Shown here: positions 12,577 through 25,600 of the stretch, in pieces
Layout: every line of letters starts with the position of its first letter
Numbering within the stretch: the first letter of the stretch is position 1
Origin: Cyanophora paradoxa CCMP329
Taxonomy: Eukaryota; Plantae; Glaucophyta
Length of the DNA stretch: 64,000 nt
Reading direction: 5' to 3'
NCBI GenBank assembly: GCA_004431415.1
Contig: QPMI01000278.1
Coordinates: 38,581 to 102,580 of the forward strand
Program-made: the position numbers and the translations under genes
Notes under the pieces: model-generated
What the model saw: the letters and a program-made list of their open reading frames with translations, nothing else
The model's database searches: none
Told to the model about the DNA's origin: nothing

Positions 12577-13115
12577 GACAAAGTAAAAATACTGTCAGCA
12601 CCTAAAACGAGAATATCTATCTCACGAGATGCGAAGTCCACGTGACAAGCGAATGACGGCGGGGGTCGCAAGGGCTACCCCCAAACCACGGAGGTATTTG
12701 TTGTCCAAGAATTCGCCTGCAGTACAGAACAAACCTGACAAGTTGAGGAGAAATTCACCCCGAAGGTCGGCGTTTGACTGCCATGAAGCGCTTCAGTTTA
12801 TCGGGCAAGTCCATGATGAAGTCCACGGTTCTATCAAGAGCATTGTCGAACCACCCCCAACGTGCCTAAACATAGCAAGACAGCGCTGGTTGGATACTAG
12901 AAGGAGAGAAAAAGAACAGGCTGGGGAGGGTGGCAAGCACCTGTTCAAGTTTGACGCCTTGCTTCACGCCTTGCTTCACGCCTTGCTTCACGCCTTGCTT
13001 CACGCCTTGCTTCACGCCTTGCTTCACGCCTTGCTTCACGCCTTGCTCCATACCTTGCTTGAAGAGAGCGGCCTCGCGGGGCGTGCGGGGCTGCAGGCTC
13101 TCGGTTTTCCCTTCG
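12284..13115 (-). CDS. Possible spliced hypothetical gene or fragment containing a (KQGV)n repeat
   Basis: Exon-like DEGKTESLQPRTPREAALFKQGMEQ(GVKQ)nGVKLEQ|gt, then ag|ARWGWFDNALDRTVDFIMDLPDKLKRF. Both ends uncertain. Confidence 0.3.
12955..13062. repeat. 12-bp tandem repeat (cttgcttcacgc), about 8-9 copies
   Basis: Directly visible; reads KQGV on the minus strand. Confidence 0.95.
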
Positions 13116-13944
13116 TCCTAGTAACTGTGTTAATGCGAGCGCGCACTGGCGCGCAATGCAAGGACAGCTGGAAGCGCCGCGGACGACGCGGACCTGGTGC
13201 TGTGCATTTTCAGCTGGCTTGCCAGATGAGTTGCGGGCCGTGACTCTGCGAGGCTGCAGAAGATCTTACGCTTAATTAACCGTATCCTCGATCTCCCAGG
13301 GAAGGCTCGCAAGCGCACAGATACCTGCTGCAGTCTGCTGGCGCGCTGCTTGACCGGAGGGCTGTCGCCGTGGAACCACTGCTGACCTGTGATTCAAATA
13401 TCCCGCATTGGCGCACGCGGGTGAACGTGCCAAACTTCCATGCGCCGCCGGCGGTTCCAGGCACCTTCACCACCTCCGCGAAGCAGAGGAGGGCGCGGAA
13501 CTTTCTCCATGAAGAAAACTTCTGATTGCAGACATTTAACAACTAAATCGAAGCGTTTAAAGCGCTGGTCCCGCTGGAAGCTCACACCTGCGGGTCCATC
13601 GAATATCCGATTGCAAGGAGGCGGCGAATACGAAAAACCGCGGGCGACGTCCATGTGATTATATCTGCGCGCTTCCATGTGCTTCTGCAGAAGGCTTGCC
13701 TCTGACAACCGGAACGCACCGTCTACGGAGATGCAAGGACAGCCCGAGCGCCCTGAAAGAAGAACACGCTAGATGGAATGTCTCGGCGCTCAAGGCGCTT
13801 TTGGTTGAGGAAGCTGCGCTCAACTACGCTCAGCAGCACCGCCGGACTCCGAATGCCGACTCGGTCGGTACCCCCCGGGGGCAGAGCAGTGAGAGCACTG
13901 AGAGCAGTGGGCCCAGGGCCCAGACTTCGCTCAAGTTCGCTGAG

Positions 13945-14486
13945 ATGAGGAGACCGGCGCTGGCGTTCGCGCTGTTGATAGTAGCGGTAGCGCTGGTGTA
14001 CAGGGCGGAAGCGGCGGTGCAGCGGACTCCGGCAAGCCCGGAGGCGAAGGAAGTCGTCGAGGCGCGAGAGTTCGCGGTGCGTCCGACGTCCCAGCCGCGT
14101 GAGATCGACGTGCGGGGCGTCTGCTGGGTCTCTGATGGCTCGCGGCGTTGCGCAGCTGGCGGAGATCCGCAAGCTTTGCGCCTATTGCAGCGAGGCGTGG
14201 GACCAGTCGTACAGGAACCTCGCCATCACGCAGATCCACTCTGTAGAGACTGCGCCATCGGCGTTCCGCGACGGGCAGAACTACTTCTTCAAGCTGGACC
14301 TCGAGACGAAAGAGCCTGGGACGTACAAGGGGACGCACAGCGTGATCGTCTTCTCGAAGGAGGACGGCGGCTACAAGGGCATCAGCATCGACGAGTTCCC
14401 CCAGATCAACTACGAGGAGGTGCCCGCGGCGCGCCTGTGCTCTCCTCCCGCTGCTCACTGCGCCCGCGCAGGTTTACCCACTATGA
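13945..14486 (+). CDS. Small secreted protein, possibly cystatin-like fold (3 exons)
   Basis: Signal peptide MRRPALAFALLIVAVALVYRAEA, a helix (VVEAREFA|LAEIRK), then beta strands ITQIHSVET..GQNYFFKLDL. Canonical introns; ends VYPL*. Confidence 0.65.
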
Positions 14487-14811
14487 TCCTGCTTTGCTTG
14501 TGGGTGCTTCTGTGTACATAGTGTATCGTTCCGCTCTTTCGGTGTCCTGCGGGCGAGCATGGCTCAAGAGCAGGGCGGGTAGGCCAAGTGGTTCCGGTGC
14601 ACATCATGGCATCTGCGCCGCGGCCGGCACCGGTACCGGCCTCTGCAGTCGCTCATTCGCTTGCACGGCTATTCGAGCTGCCGGTGTCGTGCCAGTTTGG
14701 CTTGAACTCGAGGAACGAGCGCAGATTGAGCGATGCTCCCGCAGCCGGTCGTGCCGCCTTCCGTGTGCGCCCCAACACATCATGGCACGAGAGGCGCCGG
14801 CTATGCATATA

Positions 14812-15179
14812 TCTATGGGTGGATAAACCTTGGTGAAACGAGCTAAAGGGGTGGGTGCCCCTGGGGGGAGGGGGCGGGGGGGCCGTCCTCAGCCGGAGGA
14901 CTCGTCCATCTTGCCCTCCTCCTTCTCCTCCTTTTCCTCCTTGCCTTCCCCTCGTCCGGGTTGTAGCGCTCCGACGTCTTCACGCCCGGCGCCTGCGCGG
15001 CCGCCGTTCAGAGAAAAAGAGGGGCAGGCGCGGGGCGAGGGTGGCCGGGGGCGCGCCGAGGGCCGCGGCGTCATCTCCTTGCCCTCATCGTCGCTCTCCT
15101 CGTCCTTCTTCTCCTCGCCCTCGCCCTGCGCCGCCGGCCGTCAGCCGCCGCCGCGGGGGGCGGGCGCGGGCGCCGCGCC
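14812..15179 (-). repeat. Duplicate of the pinin gene 3' end (last two exons, introns and 3' UTR; other copy 33950-34314)
   Basis: Near-identical ~365 bp; both copies encode GVKTSERYNPDEGKA..KMDESSG*. Confidence 0.92.
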
Positions 15180-16297
15180 CCTGCGGCGATGTCCTCCTTA
15201 GAAAGCTGCGGACCGCGCGGCCGAAGAAGGATGTAGTGAGAGGACTCGGTCAGCGGTCGGGCGGCGACTCGGCGCTCGGGCGCGGCGCGTCCGCGGGAGA
15301 GGCCCGCCCGCAACGAGATCGACCGGAGAGATGTTGTAGAGCGCTCCGCGTGCGCGCTGCCGCCGGGCGCTCTCGAAGGTGCAAGGAATCCGCACGCCGC
15401 CGGCCGGCCAGCGCGGAGCCGAGTCAGAACGAGCCCTAAGCATGCGCGACCCTTTCAACTTCCTTTTCTGCGCGAGGAACGACGCGCGGCGCCGCACCTG
15501 GGCGCCCGGCTGTCGCTTGTCCGAGGTGCGCCGACGCAGGAGGAGCCCAAGACGCTGAATCCGATGGTTGTGAGCTATCCACGTCGGAAAAGGTCGCCGG
15601 TGCAAGTTTGGTTGAGGACTCCGGCGTCCGCTCGGCTGCTGCTGGCCGCTCGGACGTGCGGACCGCAAACCTGCATGTTGGGACGGCCGAAACGCTCCCT
15701 GTGGTAGCGATCGGCGATAGTCAGCGGCTATCGGCCTGCGATCGGCGATCGGCGATAGTCAGCGGCACTGTTGATTATGCGCATCACGAGCGCACCGAGA
15801 GTATCTCCGCTCCTTACGGAGGTCGGCTGAGCAACTGTGCCTGCGAGCAGACGGGCCCAGGCCGGCCGCGTGGCGCGTCCAGCATGCTGAGCGACTGTGT
15901 GCCTGCGAGCAGAGATCTCCGGGAGCAGACGGGCCTGCGAGCAGCTGTGCCGGCCGCATCGGTCGCCGGGGAGCTAGCTAGCGCGTCCAGCTACCCCCCT
16001 GGTGCTTCTCATACGTATACGTGTTCTGTGCTCTCCCGGTCATCCGCCCGAATCGCATGGGCCAGGCTCATCCGTATATACGTACCCCGATCTTCTTGTG
16101 ATGATGCGGTCATCGGGTCGCTCCGATTCAGCAGGCTGGGAGCGGCGTACGCGTACTATATAGCTACGGCGATCGGCCTGGCGGGGTTCATCATGATCAG
16201 GCTGCAGCGCTAGTTATAGCCGATCATCGCAATCCGGAGGGCCGCGCACTGCAGCCGCGGCCGCACTTCAGAGGCCCAGTCTCTCGCGGACTACTAG

Positions 16298-16470
16298 GCC
16301 GAGTCGAATCAGCTGTCGGACGGTCTCTTGCGAATCAGCTACAGTCGGTGATCAGCTGCAGCCGAGTCGAACCAGCTGTCGATCAGCCGAGTCGAACCAG
16401 CTGTCGATCAGCCGATCGCGAGTCAAGCAGCTGTCGCGCGATCGATCAGCCGAGCCGAACCAGCTGTAGC
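16298..16470. repeat. Degenerate ~25-bp tandem repeat (cagccgagtcgaaccagctgtcgat) upstream of the NLR-like gene
   Basis: About 5 copies, with a further copy of the core near 16785. Confidence 0.8.
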
Positions 16471-16600
16471 TGTCGGACGGTCTCGAGCTCTCGCAAATTC
16501 TTCAGCCTAGGCCTACTGGTACCGGTACCGGCCGCGGGCCTGCAGCTGGCCCTAGGCCTGCAGCTGGCAGCTGTGCTGTAACGCGGCGATCGCGACATAA

Positions 16601-19600
16601 ATGGGCTCCGGCGCCAGCAAAAGCAAATCCGCGGCCGCCGAGGAGCTCGAGCTTCCGGTCGGTCACGAGACAGCGGCAGCTTCAGCTGCATGCGCAGCCG
16701 AAGATGCTGCGCCTGGCTCGGCGCCTGCAGCAATCGCAAGCGTTCGCGCATCCGATCCTCGATCGGATAGCGACAGTACGTATACAGCCGAGTCGAACCA
16801 GCAACGCGTACGCGTACGGCTCTACGGCATATGCGGGCCGGACGAGCTGCGAGGAATCGACCGGGTGGAAAAGGTGCAATCCGTGGCGCAGCTTGCGTGC
16901 CTGCTTCGGTCGGAGCGCGAGCGCGAGCAAATCAAAGGCGCGGGCAAGGACCCAGTCCCGGAGATGCTGCCGGCGGTCGCCGAGATGGAGCGCAGAGAGA
17001 AGCCTGTAGTAGGAGGGCTGAAGAAAATCTGCGAGGCTGGTGTGTGTGCGCGCGCAGCGCGCGGCGGCGTGACTGACCGCTTCCCTCGCGCGGCGCGCGA
17101 TGTCGACAGTGGTGAACGCCTTCTCTAACGAGCAGACACTGTGCGATGAGGGCGAGCTGACGGAGGTCGGCGCGCTGGTCCTCACGGGCGACCCTGACCT
17201 CTGCCGCATGGTCCGCATCCCCGGCCCGCGCCGCGCGCCCCGCCGCCGGCGCGCCGACGCGCGCGCGCTGCCTCAGCTCGTGGATGCGATCGTCAGACGG
17301 GCGGAAAGGGCGCACCTGAAGGACCGGGCAGCACTCTCCGTGCTGGCGGCCCTCGTGGGGCACCTCCCCCCGGCCACCCTCTTTCCCGAAGACTGGAATA
17401 GACTCCTCGCCTTCAGCGCAAAGCAGGCGAGCGCGCCGCGCCGCGCCGCCGCGGGCGGGCGCGGGCGATGACGGCGGGCGCAGGTGACGGGATTGGACGC
17501 GAGCAGCGTCGACGCCCAAGTCTCCCTCGCGCTCACCGCCGCCGTCCTCGCCGCCGTCGAGTCCATCAAGGACCCCGACGCCTCCTCCGCCGGCCCCTCC
17601 GCCGGCCCCTCCGCCGGCCCCTCCGCCGCCCACTCCGGCGGCCCCTCCGGCGCTGCCGTCGCGTACGAGGCCCCCGCCGCGGCCGCTGCAGGTCGGCACG
17701 GGCGCCCCTCTCGCAGTGCCGCCCGACCCCCGACCCGCCTGAGCGCAGGGGATCGCGATCAGCTGCTGCTGGGCTCGAAGGATGCGACGTCGCTGAGAGA
17801 AAAGCTCGAGCATCTCGTGCAACAGACGCGGGAGAAGAAGCTTTGGCGGGCGGAGGCGGCGGCGGTGCTCGCCAGGCAGGCGCTCGTGGGCGTCGCTGAG
17901 CGAGGCGAGAGCTTGGGGGACTGGGTTCGCAGGGGCAAGGCCGCCGGTTCGAGCCCCGACTCGCCGGCCGCGCGCGCACCGCCAGGCCTGGCCACGGGGC
18001 CTCCGATGGCGCAGGGGACTTAGAGCTTGCCGCGCAGGGCGGATCCTGAAGAAGCTCTACTCGGTCGGGAAGGTCATCGCGGGGGGCATCTCCTCGATGG
18101 GCGCGACAACCGTCATCGACCTCCTCCTGTGGTTCAAGGTCCGCCGGCCGCGGGCTCGAGCTCCCGTCTGTGACAGCTTCGGCGTTGACGGCCGGGCAGG
18201 ATCTAGCGACTGAAGACGAGAAGGGGGGCGCCCTGGAGGCCGTACGAGAGCTGTGGAAAGACGTCCGCACCGTCGTCGGCAGGGATCCGCAGGGCGAAGC
18301 GCGGCAGGACTGGTCCGCCGCGGAGCTCGTGGGGACGTGCGGGGCGTACGCACGCGCTCACGCCAGGGGTGCAGGTACGGGCCGGCGCGGCTGCTGGGCC
18401 TGGTGGCGGCGAGCGGCCGGATCGCAGATCTGCAGGACCTGTTGACCAGCCGCGAGGGCGAGGACCGCAAGGCACGCCTCGACGCCTGCGCGACCTGCCG
18501 CCCTCTCGCCCTCGCCCTGGCGTCCGCCCTCGTCAACGTGCGTGCCCGTCCTGCACGCTCCTGGAGCAGCGCTAGCGCGGCACGGCTGCGGACGTCCGCG
18601 GGGGGGCGGGCAGGTCGCGGAGGGTCGAGACGACGAGCAGGCGGCGGCGGCGGTGGATCTGCTCAACCAGCTCGCGCTGCGGGCGGAGCAGCTCGGCGGT
18701 GCAGACGGAGTGGAGGTAGCGGCCGGGGCCCTTGCGCACGTGGCGAGGATGCAGGGCGGAGGAGGCGTGGTGCAGGAGGCGAGGGCGGCGCTGCAGAAGC
18801 TGGCGGAGCGCGTGGCGGCGATGCAGCTGCAGACGACGGCAGTCAACGTTGGCTGCCTCATGTCGTTCGCAAGGCAGTCGAAGGCGGCCGCGAAGCGCGC
18901 CGCGGGGGTGCTTAGCTGCGCTGGCGACGCCATGGCAGCGGTTGGCATCGACGGAGGAGCGCAAGTGGCAAAGTTTGGGGAGACCGTTCAATGCGCCCTG
19001 GACAACGAGCATGTGAAGAACGTGCTGGCGGCTGTCAACGCCATCCACGGGTCCGCACTGCAGCTGTCCAGAGGCTCGTCCTCTCGACCGCAGGTCCCAG
19101 AGCTGCCGCCCAACCTCCCTCGGGCTCTGCAACTCGTCGCGGCCCCGCGTGCACTGGCGGTCGCAGGTCGGGCCGTGGGGGGCGAGGAGCAGGGAGCTCG
19201 AGGGGGCGACGGGGACACGGCCACGGGGGCGCGAGCCGCGGCGAAGTTCAGGCTCAACACGTACCTTGCACGAGCGCTGAAGGAGTACGAGGACGCGGTG
19301 CGGCCCGCCGACGTCGCGATCGCCGCTGCGATGCATCGTCTCTGACGGGCGCTCGCGGCGTCGGCTCCGGAGCAGTTGGCCGCCTGGATGCGGTCCGCGT
19401 CGGCAAAGAGCGTTCACATCCACGGGCACGAGGACGACATCAACAAGGCCGAATGGATCATCAACAGCCTCTCCGACAATCTCTGGTGAGACGCCCGCCG
19501 CCGCCGCCGCTTCTTCACGATCACGAGCCATCGCAGCGGATCGACTCGGCACTCGCGTCTTCGCGGCTGCAATAGCAGCTGCATGGGGACGGTCTTTGTG

Positions 19601-22600
19601 CTCGTTGCGGGCTCCGCGACGGTCCGAGATGCCACCTGCGTAAAGGCTGTCGATGAGGGTGCGGCGGGTCGCCCGACTCGCGCCCGGCTGGCCCATGCCA
19701 CCTTCTCACAGCGCCTGCAGCGATTGAGGCCGGGCACGATGTCTTCCAGCTGTACCCAGAAGGGGCGCAAACGGCGCTGCAGCTGTTTCCGGATGGCATT
19801 GAAATGCGCCTCAGTCGCTTTGTACACGTCCGCCAATTTGCTGTTAATATTGCAGGCGCCGCTCTTGATACAGTTCGCGCTTTAATTTTTCTTCCCTGCA
19901 GCTGGATACGGATGCGGATGGATCTCCGGAACCCGTGGAGGCTTTTCTGAGCGCCGTGCAGAGGGCCTACTCCACACCCCGGCCAACGCCCTCGCTGGCC
20001 ACCAAACCGCTGTACCAGTGGCAGCCGGCCAGCAGCGGTGGAGTGCAGCCGCAGCCGCCCACGGGGGCACCTGAGTGGGTCCTCGCGGAGCCTGCAGCTG
20101 CTGCCCGCCTGAAGGGCACGCGAGTCTTCTTTTGCCACACAACGGCGCCCGAGGATGTGGTGGCCGTTCAACGGCACATGATCTCTCTGGACGCACATGC
20201 CAACATGGCCTGCTGGTGCCCCCGCCCCCGCCGTCGCGCGCAACGCTCGCCCATGCAACCGTCCTGTCCTGCAGGTCCTACGTGGAGCACTGGCTGAAGG
20301 GCGAGCGCTGGGTCGATGTCGGTGCGTGCGGGCGACTGCGCTCACTATGCCGCTCATTTCTTCGTATGCACCGCTTGCGTCGTGCAGTGGCCCGGGCTAT
20401 CCGCAACTGCACACACTTTGTCCTCGCCGTCCCCCCCAAGCTTCAGAACCGCCAGCTGCGGGTGCATCCCCCCTTTCTGAGCGATTTCACCAATCGCCCA
20501 ACGCCACAGCAGCACTGCGAGGAGGAGTTCTCGTACGCGTGCAGCCAGAACTGCTGGCTCGTCGTGCTGCACCTGAAGCAGCAGGGGCCCGGGGGCGGTA
20601 CGACACGCAAGGACGTCTCGTGGATCAGCAAGCACCTCGAGCGCGTGCCGCCCGAGCGCGTGCTCACGATTCCGGCCTCGTCGGACCCGACCGCGCTCGC
20701 CCGCGCCCTGGGCGCCGAGCCGCAAGCCGCCGGAGGCCACGCGGCCGCCTTCGAGCGGCGGGTGGAGCTGGGCGCCCCTCCCTCGGAGGTGCGCGCACCC
20801 TCGGCCCTTCAGTTGCCCGGAAGGCCAACGTGTCATGCAGGCAGATGCACTGCGGTGGACCGAAGCAGACGTCTTCAACTGGGCCCGCTTGCAAGAGCCC
20901 CTCGCACCGTGCGTCTCGCAGGGGCGCCGGCGGCACTGCACTTCTTGACCATAGCCGGTAGTTTTGCGGGGAAGCTTTCCCTTCTGAACGGGAGGAAGCT
21001 TCTTTCACTCTCCGACTCCGCTCTGGAACAGCTCGGCTTCGATCAGGTCGCAGCGCGCTGGTATCTCCTATCGAAGATTGCCGCTCTGTCCAAGCTCGCG
21101 CTGGCCGGCTGTGACAGAAAGGTGCAGCGAAGCTATAGAGTAGCTATAGTGATGGTCGACGTGAATATTAATGCTGCAGCTGACTCCGCAGTGCAGAAAG
21201 AGGTGCTCTGCTGGACTGAGGAGGAAGTGGTGGAGTGGGTGAAATCGATCGGAAGTCTCGCGCAGTGAGCGCCAGCGTTGCCAGCGACATCCCAATCTCT
21301 CTCGCGAGGCTCGATGCCAAGCGCTCGCGATCGCAGGTTTGCGGGGCTCTTCTCCATGGTGTCGGGATCGATGCTGCTCTCCCTCTCCAATGCGGACCTT
21401 GGGCACCTGGGCGTGGCGAGCTTCGCGGCTCGGCAGCACCTGCTCCAGAAGATTGCCGGGCTCGACCCCGGGCCCCTTCCCCTTCCCTCTTCGTCAGAGC
21501 CCGCGGAGGCGACGCCGGCCAGTGAAGGCAGCACGGGCGGCGCCGCGGGCGTTGTGGAGCTCGACGAGCACAGGGCGCTGGTTCAAAATGCCCGCACCCC
21601 GCGCTGCCGTCTGCCCTTCTAGATCTGCACCCCCAGACTCACATGCGCGCGCCGCAGTACGCGAAGGCGGTCTCCGCGGAGCTCTCGCGCGACCAGGACC
21701 TGGCGCTCTACGTCCCGCCCCTCGCCACGCCGGACCCCAAGCTGCGCACGCCGCCCGAGGTGCCCCCCATCAAATCCGAATCCGTTGCCACCGTGTTCGC
21801 AAGGCGAGCGCTCTGACCACGAGCTCGGACCGCAGGACCTGCACGAGGCGGTCGAGCGGTTCCTCGCGGCGCTGCTGCCCGGCCAGCCCCGCGGCCCCGA
21901 GACGAAGCGCGTGCTCCTGCTCCTCGGCGGGGCCGGCACCTCCAAGAGCACCTTCCTCCGCTTCCTGCACCGCGACGCCTGCGAGCGCTGGGCGAGAAGC
22001 GAGCACCAAGGCGCCAGCGGCAGGCGCCTGCCGCTCGTCTTGCACGTCTCGCTGCCGCAGCTCGCCGGCGTGACTGGCGGCGTACAGACAGGGCTTCGCA
22101 AGCACGTCGAGACCAAGCTCGGAATCGCCACAGACAACCTGCAGCTGCCAGCGCTTCGAAAAAAGTGCTCGCCAGCGCGCGCCAAATTTTAGACGAGCTC
22201 CGCTCTTTTGAGCTGTAAAGGGGGCGTCAGGTTCGGGCTCGTCCTCCTGCTCGACGGGTACGACGAAATGGGCACGATCGCGACGAATGGCATCAATCTG
22301 TGGCAAACAAACGGCCTGTCGGGGTGGGCAGACGGCGCCATCCTGGCGTGTAGAACGGAATTTCTTGCGTCTCTGCCCAAGAACAAATCGCCCGAGGTGA
22401 CAGACTCTGAAAGCGCTAGCCGCGGTCTCTCGAACTCGCGCACTCATAAATTAATGAACAATAGGATTGCTTTGCGCCTACGGGGGAGGACAGCAAGCCC
22501 GCCGGCGCCGTGAGAGGGCTGGCGCAGCTGCACACTGTTCTTTTCGACGGGCGGCAAGTGCGCGGCATTCCTCCGATGCCTCGAATGGCGATCGCGAGCT

Positions 22601-25600
22601 CGCTCCTCGTGATCAGCGACACGCGAGCGCTCATCGAGATCGGGCGCGCAGCGGGAAGCATACCTGCGGCGGTACGCGCAGCGCCACGCGGGCGAGGAGC
22701 GCGCCTGGGGCTTCGAGGAGTACGCGGACGTCTTTGGGAGCAGTCCGCATCTCGCCGACCTGGCCGAGAACCCATTTGCCCTCTCCATGCTCGCCCGCGT
22801 CCTCCCCTCCATGTCCGCGCCCCGACTCGAGGCTGGGGCGCCTTGCGAAGAAGTCCGTCGAAGGGCTCCGCGCGCAGGGCGCGGACCGGCGAGCGGCTCC
22901 GGCTGCGCGACCTGTACAGGCTCTTCCTGCGGGACTGGCTGCTGCGGGAGCTGCACCGCGGGGGCGTCGACAGACAGCGGGATGAGCAAGGTGCGCGCGC
23001 GCGCGCCAAGGACGCTCAAAACGGCGGCCTGACGTCCCGCGAGGCTGGGAGGCGGCGGAAAGCGCCTTCGTCGACGACGGAACCGAATATTGCAAGCGCT
23101 TCGCCTCCCACCTCTTCCGCGTGAGCTCCGTCCCCGACTCCCAGACAATTGCAACTTGCATTGAACTAGTACTTTACGTGTCCGCGCACGTGCAGATGTC
23201 GGCCAGCCAAGCGACGATTCAGGACGTGGACTTGAGAAAGCGAGAAAGCGAAAGAGGAAGGACTGACGCTTCAAATTCGAATTCCGCGCTTGAGCAGCCT
23301 GCTCTTTTGAGATTGCTGGCCGACTACAAAAGGGTTTTCGTGCGGAACAGCTGCCCGCTGCGGCGGTGGCGGCTGGGCGACAGGCTCGGCTTCGCGTTCG
23401 TCCACAAGACGCTGCAGGAGTTCCTCTCCGCAGAGGCCCTCCTCGATTCCGTGCGCCAAAGCCGCCGGCCCAGTACTAGTCGCCTCACCTGCCCTGAAAA
23501 ATACGTTGCGTGTATGCGCAGCTTAAGCTTCGAGCTTCGGCATCAAGCTTAAGCAGCAATGATTCGAATGATGGTATTGCTTTTCACACGCGGTGCGCTT
23601 TTCACACCAGCTAAAGATTCGTTTTTGGAGCGCGACTGACTGCGGGTCAGTTCAATTGCCGGAGACACAACGCTGGTGCGCTTTCTGGTGGACGCTGTGC
23701 ATGCTCATGATCCCAGCTGCAAAATAGACATTGCCGAGGTGCAAAGATGCGCACCGCGGCAACTTATATAATTAGCAAGTCTCTGTGACGATTTGACACG
23801 CGGCCGTGCTGTAGGCCCTCTTTGCAATGATCTCCGGGAGTCGGGGCGTGGCTGAGGATTCAGCGGAGGCGATGGCATCCTCAAATGCGGCCACTGTCCT
23901 CGTCGCTGGTCTGTGCATGCCCCGGGCCCCTCTGTGGAAGCGTGCAGCCTTTGATGACGCCTACCCATATGCATGGTCGTGAGCAGCCCACTGGTCCTTT
24001 GCGCGGAAAGACCTGCGCGGAGTCCGAATGCGTGGGGCAAACTTGTGGAGATTGGAGGCCGGGGGAGCGGATTTGCGAGGGGCCGACCTCCGAGGCAGCG
24101 CCCTGCACGAGGCCTGCTTCGAGTATGCAGACCTGCGGGGGGCGCGCTTGGAGGACTGCCAGGTTCGGACGCAGCCGGCAATTGTGTTGCGCAGTCCAGT
24201 CATGTCTGTCGCTTTGAGTAAGGTGCGCCGCGACTTCTCCGGACTCACCGCATCTATTGATCCTATTCCGATCATGAATTGAATTCACCGCCTCTATTGG
24301 ATTAGTGACAATAAATTTCAACGAATAGTGATTAACAATCTACGGAAACTAGCCGCTGACTCATGATCAGTGAGCGGGGCTGATAAGTGGGGCTGGACGG
24401 TGCAGGATGGGCGGCGGATTGTCTCGTGTGGCGAAGACGAGAAGCTTCGTGTGTGGGACGCGGAGACGGGCGTGGAGCTCACAACGGTGCCGGAGGAAGG
24501 CATTGATATCGGCGCCGTAAACTCTGTGGTGATGTCGGCGGTGCGTGGTGGATGGCATGCGCAGTGGTCCGCAAAGGCGCGATGCGTGATGTAACTGGCA
24601 AATCGGGCAGTTTAGGCTTTTAATTTGTTGGGTCCCGAGAAGCTTCAGAGTGCCCGAGCGAGACGGGGCTGCTCACGGCGTTCGGGGCGGGGCGGCGCAG
24701 GACGGGCAGCGCATCGTGTCGGGCAGCGGTGACAAATCGGTACGGGTATGGGACGCGGAGACGGGCGAGCAGCTGCTGCTGTTGGAGGGGCACGAGAAGG
24801 CTGTGCGTTCCGTGGCGATTTCGTCGGTGCGCCGTCAGGGTGGGGTATATTTGCATGGAATCGACGTCGGGTTCATGGTGCTGGATCATGGAATAGGGAT
24901 GGTATTTGCAAAGATCTAGAAATGCGGGCTGTCGGGGCCTTGACCAAGCTTGAGACTGCCGTGCAGACGTGCGCGGGGCAGGAAAAGCGCAGGCTGACAG
25001 CCGCCGCCGGGCTGCGCAGGACGGGCGGCGCATCGTGTCCGGCAGCAGTGACAAGTCAATCCGGATCTGGGACGCGGAGACGGGCAAGGAGCTGCGGAAG
25101 CTGGAGACCGAGGGGCACTGCCGCCCGGTGACCTCCGTGGCAATATCTGCGGTGCGCGGTGGGATAATGTGTGCAGAGGAAGCCGTGTGGCCATGGTCTT
25201 GAGAAGAAACGTTAACAGGACTGTGCTGATGGCGAGTACAGAAGTGTTTGACTGACAGCCGGGCCGGGTTGGGCGGCGCAGGATGCGCGGTTTATCGTCT
25301 CTGCCAGTGACGAGGACGAGTTCGCGCTTGTATGGAACACGGAGACAGGCGAGCAGCTGCAGAAGCTGCAGGACCACAGCGAACGAGTCAACTCCGTGGC
25401 GATATCCGTGGTGCGGTGGGAGGTGGGGCACGGGAAGTGTCCCAGTCGGCACCATGAGCCAGCCAGGCATCATAAGCCAGCCAGCCAGCCAGTCCTAGAA
25501 ATCGATTCTGCATAGAACTGGCGGCTCAAACAGCGTCTATGTAAATGGAGGGGGGCTCCATTGGCGGCGCAGGACTAAGCAGCACGGCGCAGGATGGGCG

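Noticed and set aside
12866-13062. Rpn/PD-(D/E)XK transposase suggested by the EQG/KQG repeat
   Set aside because: No nuclease domain is recognisable upstream; the repeat alone is insufficient.
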